DNA from: a virus
Taxonomy: Duplodnaviria > Caudoviricetes
DNA: 44,095 nucleotides
Reading direction: 5' to 3' (one strand)
IMG/VR virus record: IMGVR_UViG_3300028585_000533
Span: 1-44,095 of that record
Made by a program: the position numbers and the translations under genes. How positions within the stretch are numbered: position 1 is the first letter of the stretch; every line of letters starts with the position of its first letter. Below, one piece after another: positions 35,564-44,095 of the stretch. The notes beneath the pieces were generated by a model that worked only from the letters and a program-made list of their open reading frames with translations, ran no database searches and was not told the origin of the DNA.

Positions 35564-36621
35564 CCGAGGGCCGCTACATCGCCCGACGCGTCCTGACGAA
35601 CGAGCAGCTGGACCTCGAGGTGCCGCTCATCACGAACGGGCCGGAGCGGTCACTCTCGGCGGTCAGTCAGCTGTCCGCGACGGTGAAGCCCGACACCGGC
35701 CGCCTGCGCGCCGCCGACGGTCGTCTGCTGCTCGAGGAGTGGGGCACGCTGCTCTATCACGAGGTCGACGGCGAGATCCGGTGGGGCGGCATCGTCACGA
35801 CGTCCGAGTTCCAAGGCGCCGAGTGGGTCGTCGAAGCAGCCGGGCACGCGACGTACCCACACGGCGCGATCTTCTCCGGCGACTTCACGTCTACGGGCAT
35901 CGAGCCGGTCGAGGCGATGCGCATGATCTGGGCGAACCTGCAGGCGCAGCCCGACAGCGACCTCGGCGTCCGCATCGTCGGCGACGTCACCGACCAGCTC
36001 CTCGGCTCCACCGAAGAGCCGTACACGCTCTCGTGGCACGCAGCTACCGACTGCGGCAAGGAGCTCGACGACATCGTCACCCAGTCAGGCGTCGACTGGG
36101 TCGAGCGGCACCGGTGGGACGGCGAGGCGATCATCAGCGAGATCGTCGTCGGCTACCCGCGCCTGGGCCGGCCGCTGCCGGACCTGTCCTTCGTGCAGGG
36201 CGAGAACATCGTCGAGGTCGTGAAGCCGAACCTGAACGGTGACGACTACGCCAACAACATCTTCGGCCTTGGCGCCGGAGAGGGCGCCGGCAGCGTCCGC
36301 CGCAACGCCTCGCGCAGCACCGGTCGGCTCAGGCGCACCCGGGTGCTGTCTCGTAAGGACGTGGAGACGTCCGCCCGGATGGACGCGCTCGTGAACGACG
36401 AGCTGCGCCGGTCGCTCGACACGACCGCCGTCGAAGAGATCGTCGTCGTCGACCACGCCAACGCCCCCTTCGGGACCTTCGACCTCGGCGACGACATCAC
36501 GGTCGAGGCGTCCCTGCCCTGGTACGGCGAGCTGCTGCTCCCGTTCCGCATCGTCGGCATGGTCCCGCAGGGCGGAGGCCGGCTCACCCTGCGCCTCGAG
36601 CGCTCTGACGCAACACCGTAG
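35560..36621 (+). CDS. Minor tail/hub protein (ReqiPepy6 Gp37-like)
   Basis: DG.I.WGGIV, GYPRLGR, F..GENI, GAGEG, F.LGDDI.V. Confidence 0.75.
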   Translation: MTEGRYIARRVLTNEQLDLEVPLITNGPERSLSAVSQLSATVKPDTGRLRAADGRLLLEEWGTLLYHEVDGEIRWGGIVTTSEFQGAEWVVEAAGHATYPHGAIFSGDFTSTGIEPVEAMRMIWANLQAQPDSDLGVRIVGDVTDQLLGSTEEPYTLSWHAATDCGKELDDIVTQSGVDWVERHRWDGEAIISEIVVGYPRLGRPLPDLSFVQGENIVEVVKPNLNGDDYANNIFGLGAGEGAGSVRRNASRSTGRLRRTRVLSRKDVETSARMDALVNDELRRSLDTTAVEEIVVVDHANAPFGTFDLGDDITVEASLPWYGELLLPFRIVGMVPQGGGRLTLRLERSDATP

Positions 36622-36630
36622 GAGGACCAC

Positions 36631-39600
36631 ATGGCGAGCACCCCGGAGCAGCGCGAGTTCGCGCGGACCCTGGCGAAGCTCGACGAGCGCGTGGAGCGCG
36701 CAGAGCGCGCCTCGAACCTGCGGCACTCGACGCTCGCGATCGACGGGCGCGAGGTGCGGGTGCCCGACGCCCTCGGTGACGGTGTCCGCGCAGCGTTCGA
36801 GATCCCTGGTCTCGACGACCGCATCACGCGGAATGCGGCGGCGCTCGAGGATGCGGAGCGGGCGGTCGCTGAGGCGAAGGAGCTCGCGGAGAAGGCTCGC
36901 ACCGACGGTCTCGCGGCCGCCGAGGAGGCTGAGGCCGCCGCCGACGCTGCGCTCGCTCGAGCGGTGTCGGCGATCAACGCCGCGCAGGGGGCAGTGCGGG
37001 ACGCGAACACGGCCATCGGTCGCGCCGACGACGCTCGCACGCAGGCTGCGAACGCCGTCTCCGCGGCGGGGACTGCACAGTCGAGGGCCGACCAGGCGGT
37101 CACGGATGCGGCGAATGCGCGCACGGCGGCGACCACGGCCGACAGCAAGGCCACGGCGGCCGACTCGAAGGCGGCCGCCGCGCAGATGGCGGCGGGCACC
37201 GCGCAGACGGCAGCGAACGCCGCGGCGACGAACGCGACCCGCGCGCAGACCACGGCCGACACGGCGAACGAGGCGGCGCTGACAGCGGCCGGGGTCGCGG
37301 GCAGCAAGGGTCGGGTGTGGTTCCAGCCGTCGACACCCCCTGAGGGGGGCGCGTACGCGTGGACCGCGGGCGTGGACGACAGCCCGTCGACCCGCACCGA
37401 GGGCAGCGTCGTTCGGACGCAGCGGATCCCGAACCCACGCGCGGTGTCGACGAAGTGGTGGCAGCCTGCCGCCGCTTCGGCCACCCCGACGGGCGACGGC
37501 GGACTGCGGATCACGCCAACCGGCACGACCGGCACGACGTACCTCTACGCGACGCCGACGGCCGACATCGCCAACCCCTCGCGGGGTCGATTCGCGATCA
37601 CGCCGGGCCAGTCCTACGCCCTGGGCCTCGTCGTGACGAACGTCAGCAACGAGACCCTGCAGGTCCGCGGTGGCGTCGCCTTCTACAACGACGCAGGCGC
37701 GGGCGGGGTGAGCACCAACAAGCTGACCCCGGCGTACACGCTCCTCGCCGGGGAGAGCCGCCCCATCGAGGTGCTCGGCACCCTGCCCGCCGCCGACACG
37801 GCCGCGACCGGCTCACTGCCGCTCCTGTACGTGTATGCAGCATCGGGCGGTGTCGCTCCGGCTACCGCGGTCACCGTCACGCGCGAGTGGCAGTTCGAGA
37901 TCGCTGACCAGCCCTTCGAGAAGGCCCCCGCCTTCTTCACCGGCGCGACCCCCAGTGATCGCGACCTCGACCTGTGGATCGACACAACGGGCGGGGCGAA
38001 CACCCCGAAGCGACGCAGCGGCGGCGCATGGGTCGCAGTCACCGACAAGGCTGCGACCGACGCGGCCGCTGCGGCGGCCACGGCGAACACCGCGGCGGGA
38101 ACTGCGAAGGCGGCGGCGGACGCGGCGCAGAAGACGGCGACCGACGCGGGGAACGCGGCGGCGGCGGCGAAGGCCGCGGCCGACGCGGCGCAGTCGACCG
38201 CGACGACGGCGCAGTCCACGGCCGACGGCAAGTCGACCATCCGCTACGGCACGAGTGCACCGACGTCGGGCACGCCCGGGTCCCTCGGTGACCTGTACTT
38301 CGTGCGGACCGCGCCGACGACTGGGACGCCGCAGATCACGGCCTTCTACGAGCGGACCGTCGGCGGGTACGCCGAGCGGCCGATGACGTCGGCCGTGTTC
38401 GCGTTCATCGACGCGGGCAAGATCACAGCAGGCATCTTGTCGGCTGACCGCATCGCGGCGGCATCGCTCACCGGAGCGAAGTTCGTCGCCGACGCCATCA
38501 CGACCCGCGAGTTGGCAGCGGGGGCAGTCACCGCGGCGCAGCTGTCGGCGGCGGCAGTGACTGCCGGCAAGATCGCGGCCGGAGCGATCGTCGCGGCGGA
38601 CATCGCCGCGGGAACGATCACGGGCGAGAAGATCTCGGCGGCGACGATCACCGCCGCGAAGCTCCTCGCGGACACCATCACGACCCGGGAGCTGTCTGCC
38701 GACTCGGTGACGGCCGCGAAGCTGGCGGTCGATGCGGTCCTCGCCCGCAACATCAAGGCGGGCGAGATCACGGCCGGGAAGCTCGCGGCGGCCTCCGTGG
38801 CGACGGGCAACCTCGCGGCCGGGGCGGTCACCGCCGAGAAGATCGCTGCGGGTGCGATCACCGCGGAGAAGATTGCTGCCGGGGCGGTGACGGCGAACGA
38901 GCTGTCGGCGGACGCGATCAACGGCAAGACGATCAACGGTGTCACGATCCGCGGTGGCACGATCATCGGCGGCACCCTGGCGTCGTCGACGGGCAGCAAG
39001 CGGGTCGAGATTCGCGAGCGGGAGATCACGTTCTTCGCCGCCAACGGGGCCCCGGGCTCGACGTACTCGGATGCCGTGATCGAGGCCGTTGGGGATTCGA
39101 CCCCGACGACTGACCCGATCGTGTGGCTCAAGCTCGGCGGCAAGGTGCAGGCCGGTGCCGCCCATTCGGTCGCGCGGGTCGGGCAGACGGCCCCGTACGC
39201 CTTCGTGACCCTGGACGCACCCTCGGCGGCGTTCGAGACGGTGATGACCGACGTGCTCTTCGACATGCGGGGCGTGGCGAACGGTGGCTCGAACCGCTCT
39301 TCCGGGAACGTGCTCGACCACATCCCGCAGAACGACCTACCCACGACGGTCCTCGCGGGACGCGTGCCCCCGGCCGGTACGCGGCTCATCACGCAGAGCG
39401 GCATCGCGCCGTGCAACACCGTCGGCAGTGGCGACTCGAACGTCGTCTACAAGACGCCGTTCCCGAACGGCGTGTGCTGGCTGCACCTGCAGCGGTACGA
39501 CTTCTCCGTCTTCGGGCAGACGTCGCACATCTTGAACACGACGCAGTCGCTGTCGCAGGGCAACTTTCGGGTCTTCCAGACCAACGGCAACCCACTGCCC

Positions 39601-39645
39601 AACGTGTCGGGCATCAAGTACCAGTGGACCGCCGTCGGCTGGTGA
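36631..39645 (+). CDS. Long tail fibre / receptor-binding protein
   Basis: Ala-rich coils, embedded beta domain, AGAITAEKIA decapeptide array, C-terminal F..PFPN...Y.W.A.GW. Confidence 0.85.
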   Translation: MASTPEQREFARTLAKLDERVERAERASNLRHSTLAIDGREVRVPDALGDGVRAAFEIPGLDDRITRNAAALEDAERAVAEAKELAEKARTDGLAAAEEAEAAADAALARAVSAINAAQGAVRDANTAIGRADDARTQAANAVSAAGTAQSRADQAVTDAANARTAATTADSKATAADSKAAAAQMAAGTAQTAANAAATNATRAQTTADTANEAALTAAGVAGSKGRVWFQPSTPPEGGAYAWTAGVDDSPSTRTEGSVVRTQRIPNPRAVSTKWWQPAAASATPTGDGGLRITPTGTTGTTYLYATPTADIANPSRGRFAITPGQSYALGLVVTNVSNETLQVRGGVAFYNDAGAGGVSTNKLTPAYTLLAGESRPIEVLGTLPAADTAATGSLPLLYVYAASGGVAPATAVTVTREWQFEIADQPFEKAPAFFTGATPSDRDLDLWIDTTGGANTPKRRSGGAWVAVTDKAATDAAAAAATANTAAGTAKAAADAAQKTATDAGNAAAAAKAAADAAQSTATTAQSTADGKSTIRYGTSAPTSGTPGSLGDLYFVRTAPTTGTPQITAFYERTVGGYAERPMTSAVFAFIDAGKITAGILSADRIAAASLTGAKFVADAITTRELAAGAVTAAQLSAAAVTAGKIAAGAIVAADIAAGTITGEKISAATITAAKLLADTITTRELSADSVTAAKLAVDAVLARNIKAGEITAGKLAAASVATGNLAAGAVTAEKIAAGAITAEKIAAGAVTANELSADAINGKTINGVTIRGGTIIGGTLASSTGSKRVEIREREITFFAANGAPGSTYSDAVIEAVGDSTPTTDPIVWLKLGGKVQAGAAHSVARVGQTAPYAFVTLDAPSAAFETVMTDVLFDMRGVANGGSNRSSGNVLDHIPQNDLPTTVLAGRVPPAGTRLITQSGIAPCNTVGSGDSNVVYKTPFPNGVCWLHLQRYDFSVFGQTSHILNTTQSLSQGNFRVFQTNGNPLPNVSGIKYQWTAVGW
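38410..38940 (+). repeat. In-frame 30-bp degenerate repeat array (AGAITAxKIA)
   Basis: Roughly 16-17 decapeptide units visible in the translation. Confidence 0.85.
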
Positions 39646-39698
39646 CTCACCGGTAGGGCACCCGTCCCGCCGGCCACACCCCCGAGGAAGGGAGCGAC

Positions 39699-40634
39699 AT
39701 GGGTCGCATCTTCGTCGGCGTCAGCGAGTACGGCTCGCTCCGAGGCGTGCACCAGTACGCCGAAGAGCGAGCCGGCCTGCAGCTGCTCGCCGTGCTCGCC
39801 ATCGTCAACCCGCAGCTGCCCGCCAACGAACGGGTCACGATCAACGAGGCCCAGCGACCCCGGGCAAGTCAGAGCGCGTTCTGGAACGACTACGTCCGAC
39901 GCGGTGCGCCCCCCGCCGTCGTCGCCGCCCGCCCGTTCACCTCGAAGCACGACGGCGGCCCGAACGACGACCAGGGGCGCGCGTTCGACCTCGGCGGGCC
40001 CGGCGGGTCCGTCATCAGCGACCGCGCCCACGCCCTCGTCAAGGCAGTCGGTGCCGAGTACGGCATCCACCACACCGGCGCGGGCTTCAACCCGCGCGAG
40101 AAGTGGCACTTCGAGTACGTCCCCGGCACCGCGCGGAAGCTCGCCAGCGCCGGCCCCACCCAGCAGGAGAAGAAGGACCAGGCCATGACCTCTCACCTCT
40201 ACCGCCACCCCGGCGGCACCATCGCCATGATCGACTGGTCGACCGGCGCGTACTGGGGCCTCGCCGGCCCCGCGTACGTCGAGCTGGTGCGCTCGCTTGG
40301 TCTCGTCTCCACCGACCCCATTCGCGAGATCCCCGCCAACCAGTGGGACTTCCTCATGGGCCGCGTCGTCGAGACGCGGCAGCACATCGCCGCCCAGGTG
40401 TGGGCCACGCCCCTGTCCGGTTGGAACGGCGCGCAGGGAGCCGGGACCCGCCTCGTCGGCGCTGACCGCGGTGGCGTCGCCCCCGAGTACGTCGACCAGA
40501 TCGCGACCGCCGTGCAGAAGAAGCTGCCCGTCGGCTCCGGCGGCGGCGTCGACACCGACACCCTCGTCGCCAAGATCACCACCGCCGTCGGAGACCTCCT
40601 CCGCGGCATCTTCACGAAGGCAGGCACCAAGTGA
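39699..40634 (+). CDS. Endolysin, M15-type zinc peptidase with C-terminal domain
   Basis: EAQR, SKH....GRAFD, EKWHFEY; first gene of the lysis cassette. Confidence 0.85.
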   Translation: MGRIFVGVSEYGSLRGVHQYAEERAGLQLLAVLAIVNPQLPANERVTINEAQRPRASQSAFWNDYVRRGAPPAVVAARPFTSKHDGGPNDDQGRAFDLGGPGGSVISDRAHALVKAVGAEYGIHHTGAGFNPREKWHFEYVPGTARKLASAGPTQQEKKDQAMTSHLYRHPGGTIAMIDWSTGAYWGLAGPAYVELVRSLGLVSTDPIREIPANQWDFLMGRVVETRQHIAAQVWATPLSGWNGAQGAGTRLVGADRGGVAPEYVDQIATAVQKKLPVGSGGGVDTDTLVAKITTAVGDLLRGIFTKAGTK

Positions 40635-41041
40635 CCACCACCGACCCCACCCTCCCCGAGGTGAAGAACACCATGAGCGACCTGCTCGCCAACGGCCGCA
40701 AGGCCGCCGGCGCGGGCTTCGCCGCCGCGTTCGCCGCCGGCATCCCCGTGCTCGGCACCGCCCTCGCCGACGGCGTCGTCACGGGCGACGAGGTCGGCAC
40801 CATCGCGGCCGCGTTCTTCGGTGCCCTGTTCTCCGTCGGGTACGTCACCTGGCAGACGGCGAACAAGCCCACGCCCGTGCAGGAGGCCGCGTTCGTGCAG
40901 GCCGTCGACCAGGCCGCCGCCGCCGTGCCCCCCATCGTCGTGCAGGGTGTCGACCCCGCGACCGTGGAGTACGTCGGTCCGCCCACCCTGCCGGTGGAGC
41001 CGCTCGTCGACGACGGCGAGCCCAAGCACCGGGCGGAGTGA
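40631..41041 (+). CDS. Holin
   Basis: Two TMs, RKA...DGVVT..E...VTW...N. Confidence 0.75.
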   Translation: MTTTDPTLPEVKNTMSDLLANGRKAAGAGFAAAFAAGIPVLGTALADGVVTGDEVGTIAAAFFGALFSVGYVTWQTANKPTPVQEAAFVQAVDQAAAAVPPIVVQGVDPATVEYVGPPTLPVEPLVDDGEPKHRAE

Positions 41042-41042
41042 C

Positions 41043-41531
41043 GTGGTCGCCACCGACCCGCGCGTGAGCCAGCGTCGACGCCGCTGGGAGCGCGTCATCT
41101 GGGTGCTCGACATGGCCGCGTACGGGTTCCTCGCCTTCAGCGGCTGGGCTGCCCTGTTCGCCCCGAGCGCGTACATCGTCCAGGAGGTCACCGACGGCCG
41201 CGTCATCCTCGTCTGGGGCAGCCTCCTGTTCGCCGGCGGCGTCTTCGGGCTCCTCGGTCGTCTCGTGCGCCTCTGGGCGGTCGAGATCCTCGCCAACGTC
41301 GCCGCCTGGTCGGGGGCCGTGATCTACGCCTACATCGTCGGCGCCGCCGTCGCCACGGGGTCGTCCATGATCCTGTTCGGCTTCGTCGTCGCCGCCGTCA
41401 TCGCGACGTTCCGCCGGTACGCCGAGCTGCAGATCTTCACCAGCGAGCCCGGCCTCGACACCTTCACCAAGCGCGTCGCGTCCCTGCTCCGCCGTCGCAC
41501 CGACTACGCCGTCCACCGCAAGCACTACTGA
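41043..41531 (+). CDS. Four-TM lysis-cassette membrane protein
   Basis: Four hydrophobic helices; GGAG RBS. Confidence 0.75.
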   Translation: MVATDPRVSQRRRRWERVIWVLDMAAYGFLAFSGWAALFAPSAYIVQEVTDGRVILVWGSLLFAGGVFGLLGRLVRLWAVEILANVAAWSGAVIYAYIVGAAVATGSSMILFGFVVAAVIATFRRYAELQIFTSEPGLDTFTKRVASLLRRRTDYAVHRKHY

Positions 41532-41541
41532 GGGGAGCGAC

Positions 41542-41871
41542 GTGCTCGACACCACGACCGTGACCGCGCTCGGCGGCGGCGCGGGCATCGCCCTCCTGCT
41601 GCGGGAGCTCCTCAGCGTCGTCGCGGCGCTCCGCAACGGCGTCAGCGCCCGCGAGGGCAAGCGGAAGGCCGACATCGTCCAGCAGCGCGACGAGGCCCTC
41701 GAGCGAGCCGCTGCCGCCGAGGCACAGACCCGCGCCGCCGACCGCCGAGCCGACACCGAGCGCGAGAAGCGCATCGCCTGGCAGGAGGACGCTGCGGCAC
41801 ACCGGCGGCAGCTCCTCGAGAACGGGCTCAGCCCCGGCTCACCACCGGACATCGAGACGACCCGCAGCTGA
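41542..41871 (+). CDS. Single-TM coiled-coil lysis-cassette protein
   Basis: N-terminal LGGGAGIALLL TM then charged coil. Confidence 0.75.
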   Translation: MLDTTTVTALGGGAGIALLLRELLSVVAALRNGVSAREGKRKADIVQQRDEALERAAAAEAQTRAADRRADTEREKRIAWQEDAAAHRRQLLENGLSPGSPPDIETTRS

Positions 41872-41892
41872 TCAACACCAGGACCACGAGAA

Positions 41893-41933
41893 CGGCCCCC
41901 CGGATGCTCACGCATCTGGGGGGCCGCTTTCGT
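41893..41933. terminator. Terminator between the late operon and the leftward cassette
   Basis: 15-bp stem CGGCCCCCCGGATGC-TCAC-GCATCTGGGGGGCCG then CTTTCGT. Confidence 0.85.
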
Positions 41934-41942
41934 GCGTCCGGG

Positions 41943-42176
41943 CTATAGGTCCTCGACCGGCCCGTACGTCGTCGACACGGTTCGCTGGTGGAACGCCAGC
42001 CGCGGCACCGTCAAGGGGTCCAGGCCGAGGGCCCGCACCTGAGAGTCGAACAGGTCCTGCTGCGTCTTCCGGTCGGCCTCTGTGCTGAAGTCGGGGCCGT
42101 TCACGCCGAACCACTTGGGCTCGCCGTTCGGGTAGGTGATGCCGTACTCGGTCAGTCTCTCCACCGTCTGCGCCAT
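41943..42176 (-). CDS. Small leaderless hypothetical protein
   Basis: TAGAAT-N6-ATG; GC3-rich. Confidence 0.75.
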   Translation of the reverse strand: MAQTVERLTEYGITYPNGEPKWFGVNGPDFSTEADRKTQQDLFDSQVRALGLDPLTVPRLAFHQRTVSTTYGPVEDL

Positions 42177-42215
42177 GCCCTCATTCTACGAGCGGAAGGT
42201 CTGATCGGCAGGGAG

Positions 42216-42809
42216 TCACTCGGCGGTTGCCTGCACCTCGTCCGTGCCGCCGGCGGGCTGCACGTAGACCGAGGCGACGGACGTGATGGGCTCGGCGAAG
42301 GTGAGCACGGCGGTGCCGGTTGCACCCGGTCGCAGGTCGAACATGCCGACCGTGTTGCTCAGGTCGATGAGGCTGTTGTACGTGGCCGTGTCCTCGGTGA
42401 GGCTGCGCCACTCGCTGATGACGTCGGAAACGGACGTGCTCGCCGCCTGCTGCCCGTCGAGGCTGACGAGGGTCATGCCGTACATGTTGATGTAGGACGT
42501 GCCCGAGGTGTTGTCGACCTCGACGGTGACGTACGTGGGCGCCTCGCCGCCGACCGACTCGCGGGCAGCCTCAAGCTGCTGCACGAGCTCGTTGCTGCTG
42601 TCGGTGGGGATGGTGAACGTGCCGGTGGCGCCTTCGTACTCGAAGGTCCACGTGTCGCCGATGTGCTCGACGGGCGCGGCCGCGGTGGGCGTTTCGGACT
42701 CGATGGCCGTGGCGTCCTCGGCGACGGGCGGCGTCTGGTCAGAGCAGGCCGTGAGGGTGAGGGCCAGGGCGGCGACGGCCACGAGGGCGGCGGCGGTGGT
42801 CTTGGGCAT
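42216..42809 (-). CDS. Lipoprotein (candidate superinfection exclusion)
   Basis: MPKTTAAALVAVAALALTLTA-C lipobox; AAGGA RBS; TAGGCT -10 upstream. Confidence 0.8.
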   Translation of the reverse strand: MPKTTAAALVAVAALALTLTACSDQTPPVAEDATAIESETPTAAAPVEHIGDTWTFEYEGATGTFTIPTDSSNELVQQLEAARESVGGEAPTYVTVEVDNTSGTSYINMYGMTLVSLDGQQAASTSVSDVISEWRSLTEDTATYNSLIDLSNTVGMFDLRPGATGTAVLTFAEPITSVASVYVQPAGGTDEVQATAE

Positions 42810-42882
42810 GCTGATCCTTGCTGTAGGAGTCGGGGTTGCCGCCAGCCTACGGACGTGCACCGTTCCGTCTAGGTCTTGACGG

Positions 42883-43173
42883 TCACGGGTGTGCATCGAC
42901 CCATGCCTCAACGGCCTCCCGCAGCTTGAACGACCCGAACACGGCAACGGGGGGCTGCTCTCCGCCGAACGTCCACCCGCGGTGCGGCTCGTGGTAGACG
43001 AACAGCCGCGCCTCGCGGTCGTTCGGCCGGCGCGTGTCGACCAGGAAGTAGATCCCCGGGCGTGCTGGCTGCGTCACGAGTTCGTACGGGGCGACGGTGC
43101 CGACGTGCACGTCGTACCATCCGCGCTCGCGCATCTGGGCATCAACGCCGCGGGGGTCCGGTTGCACTGCCAC
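42883..43173 (-). CDS. Small leaderless hypothetical protein (96 aa)
   Basis: TACAGT-N6-GTG; fills the gap downstream of the integrase. Confidence 0.6.
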   Translation of the reverse strand: MAVQPDPRGVDAQMRERGWYDVHVGTVAPYELVTQPARPGIYFLVDTRRPNDREARLFVYHEPHRGWTFGGEQPPVAVFGSFKLREAVEAWVDAHP

Positions 43174-43243
43174 GCGAGGACTGTAGACGCCCCCACCGAC
43201 CAGCACAGGTCGATGAGGGCGCATGCACAGTAGCTCCTGGTCC

Positions 43244-44095
43244 TCAGGCGGCTCTCCGTTCAGCGCCGGGCGGGCGATCCTCTGCCGGCACCAGACGCAG
43301 GTGTCCTCGTCGGGGGAGTGCTGTCGCGGCGGCGGCGGTGCGCACGGCATCGAGTCCGACGTGGAGGTAGCGCTCGGTGGTGGCGAGCGACGAGTGCCCC
43401 AGGAAGTCCTGAACCGCGCGCAGGTCGCGGGTGCCGTTGTAGGCGCTCGTGGCTGCGGCGTGGCGCAAGCTGTGGGGGTTCGCGCCCAGGCGGCGGGTGA
43501 TGATCTTGTTGACGGAGGCCGGGTGCATGTGGCCTCCGTACCGGCCGGGAAAGTAGTACCCGCCCTGCTGTTCGTCCTCGAGGTCGAGGAGCACATGCAT
43601 CAGGTCGTCGTTGATCGGCACGAGCCGCTGCTTCTCGCCCTTGCCCGTGATGCGGAGGACGTCGTACTCGCGGTGGCTGGTGTGCAGCGTCGCGATCTCG
43701 GTGAGGCGGAGACCGGCGAGGCGTCCGAGCAGGATCATCGCAGTCTCGTTCAGCGGTGCGCTCATGAGGGCCAGCTCGACTTCCCCGTCGGCGGCCATGC
43801 GAGGCATCTTGCGCGGTACTCGGATCGGTGGGAGCCCGTGCGCGGGATCGTCCGGGATCCTGCCGGTCTTGTGCGCCCAGCCGTAGAAGGCGCGGAACGA
43901 CGAGCGCAGCGACTTGCGGGCCTCGGCGGAGTGGCTAGTGCGCCGCTCGGCGAGGAAGCGCTCGAGGTCGCGTGCGGTGACGGTCAGCAGGTCGGCGTGC
44001 CGACGCTGCAGATGATCGATGTGCATGAGCCGTTGGCGCACGGTGCCGGGGGAGCGTCCGGCGGCGAGCAGGCTGTTGCGGTAGTCCTCCATCAT
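43244..44095 (-). CDS. int: Tyrosine integrase lacking the N-terminal arm-binding domain
   Basis: GLR..E, GKG.K.R, HSLRH, LGH, TERY; only 283 aa; ends ERRAA. Confidence 0.93.
   Translation of the reverse strand: MMEDYRNSLLAAGRSPGTVRQRLMHIDHLQRRHADLLTVTARDLERFLAERRTSHSAEARKSLRSSFRAFYGWAHKTGRIPDDPAHGLPPIRVPRKMPRMAADGEVELALMSAPLNETAMILLGRLAGLRLTEIATLHTSHREYDVLRITGKGEKQRLVPINDDLMHVLLDLEDEQQGGYYFPGRYGGHMHPASVNKIITRRLGANPHSLRHAAATSAYNGTRDLRAVQDFLGHSSLATTERYLHVGLDAVRTAAAATALPRRGHLRLVPAEDRPPGAERRAA

Larger units (their letters stand above)
1..44095. mobile_element. Temperate siphovirus prophage integrated at tRNA-Asn (right att site lies beyond the window)
   Basis: Complete ordered immunity, replication, packaging, head, tail, lysis and integrase modules; tRNA 3' half at the left edge. 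Confidence 0.95.

Noticed and set aside
38410-38940. Repeat array as CRISPR or DGR element
   Set aside because: Degenerate in-frame protein repeats without spacers; no cas gene, reverse transcriptase or template repeat seen
43174-43596. 5' extension of ORF 42883..43596
   Set aside because: Overlaps the integrase in another frame; the leaderless start at 43173 fits better

Overview
High-GC actinobacterial temperate siphovirus, integrated as an apparently intact ~44 kb prophage at a tRNA-Asn gene (a Microbacteriaceae-like host is inference). The window starts inside the 3' half of the tRNA. The antisense strand of that tRNA half and of its terminator encodes the C-terminus and stop codon of the leftward immunity repressor. 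The window ends at the start codon of a short, arm-less tyrosine integrase whose C-terminus is -RRAA. Together these match the integration-dependent immunity architecture. Between them, in order: Cro and early genes, a replication initiator with internal iterons, a helicase loader, a repeat-expanded C5 DNA methyltransferase, a PD-(D/E)XK nuclease plus SNF2-type helicase, two leftward membrane morons, a promoter/terminator late-control module, many small ORFs, HNH, TerS/TerL and a DUF935-type portal. These are followed by an unusual P-loop kinase/ClpP protease/scaffold triple fusion, capsid, neck and tail genes (frameshifted chaperone, tape measure with an M15 peptidase, long repeat fibre), an endolysin plus three membrane proteins, and a leftward lipoprotein cassette. 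Family assignments come from motif recognition by eye; no searches were run.
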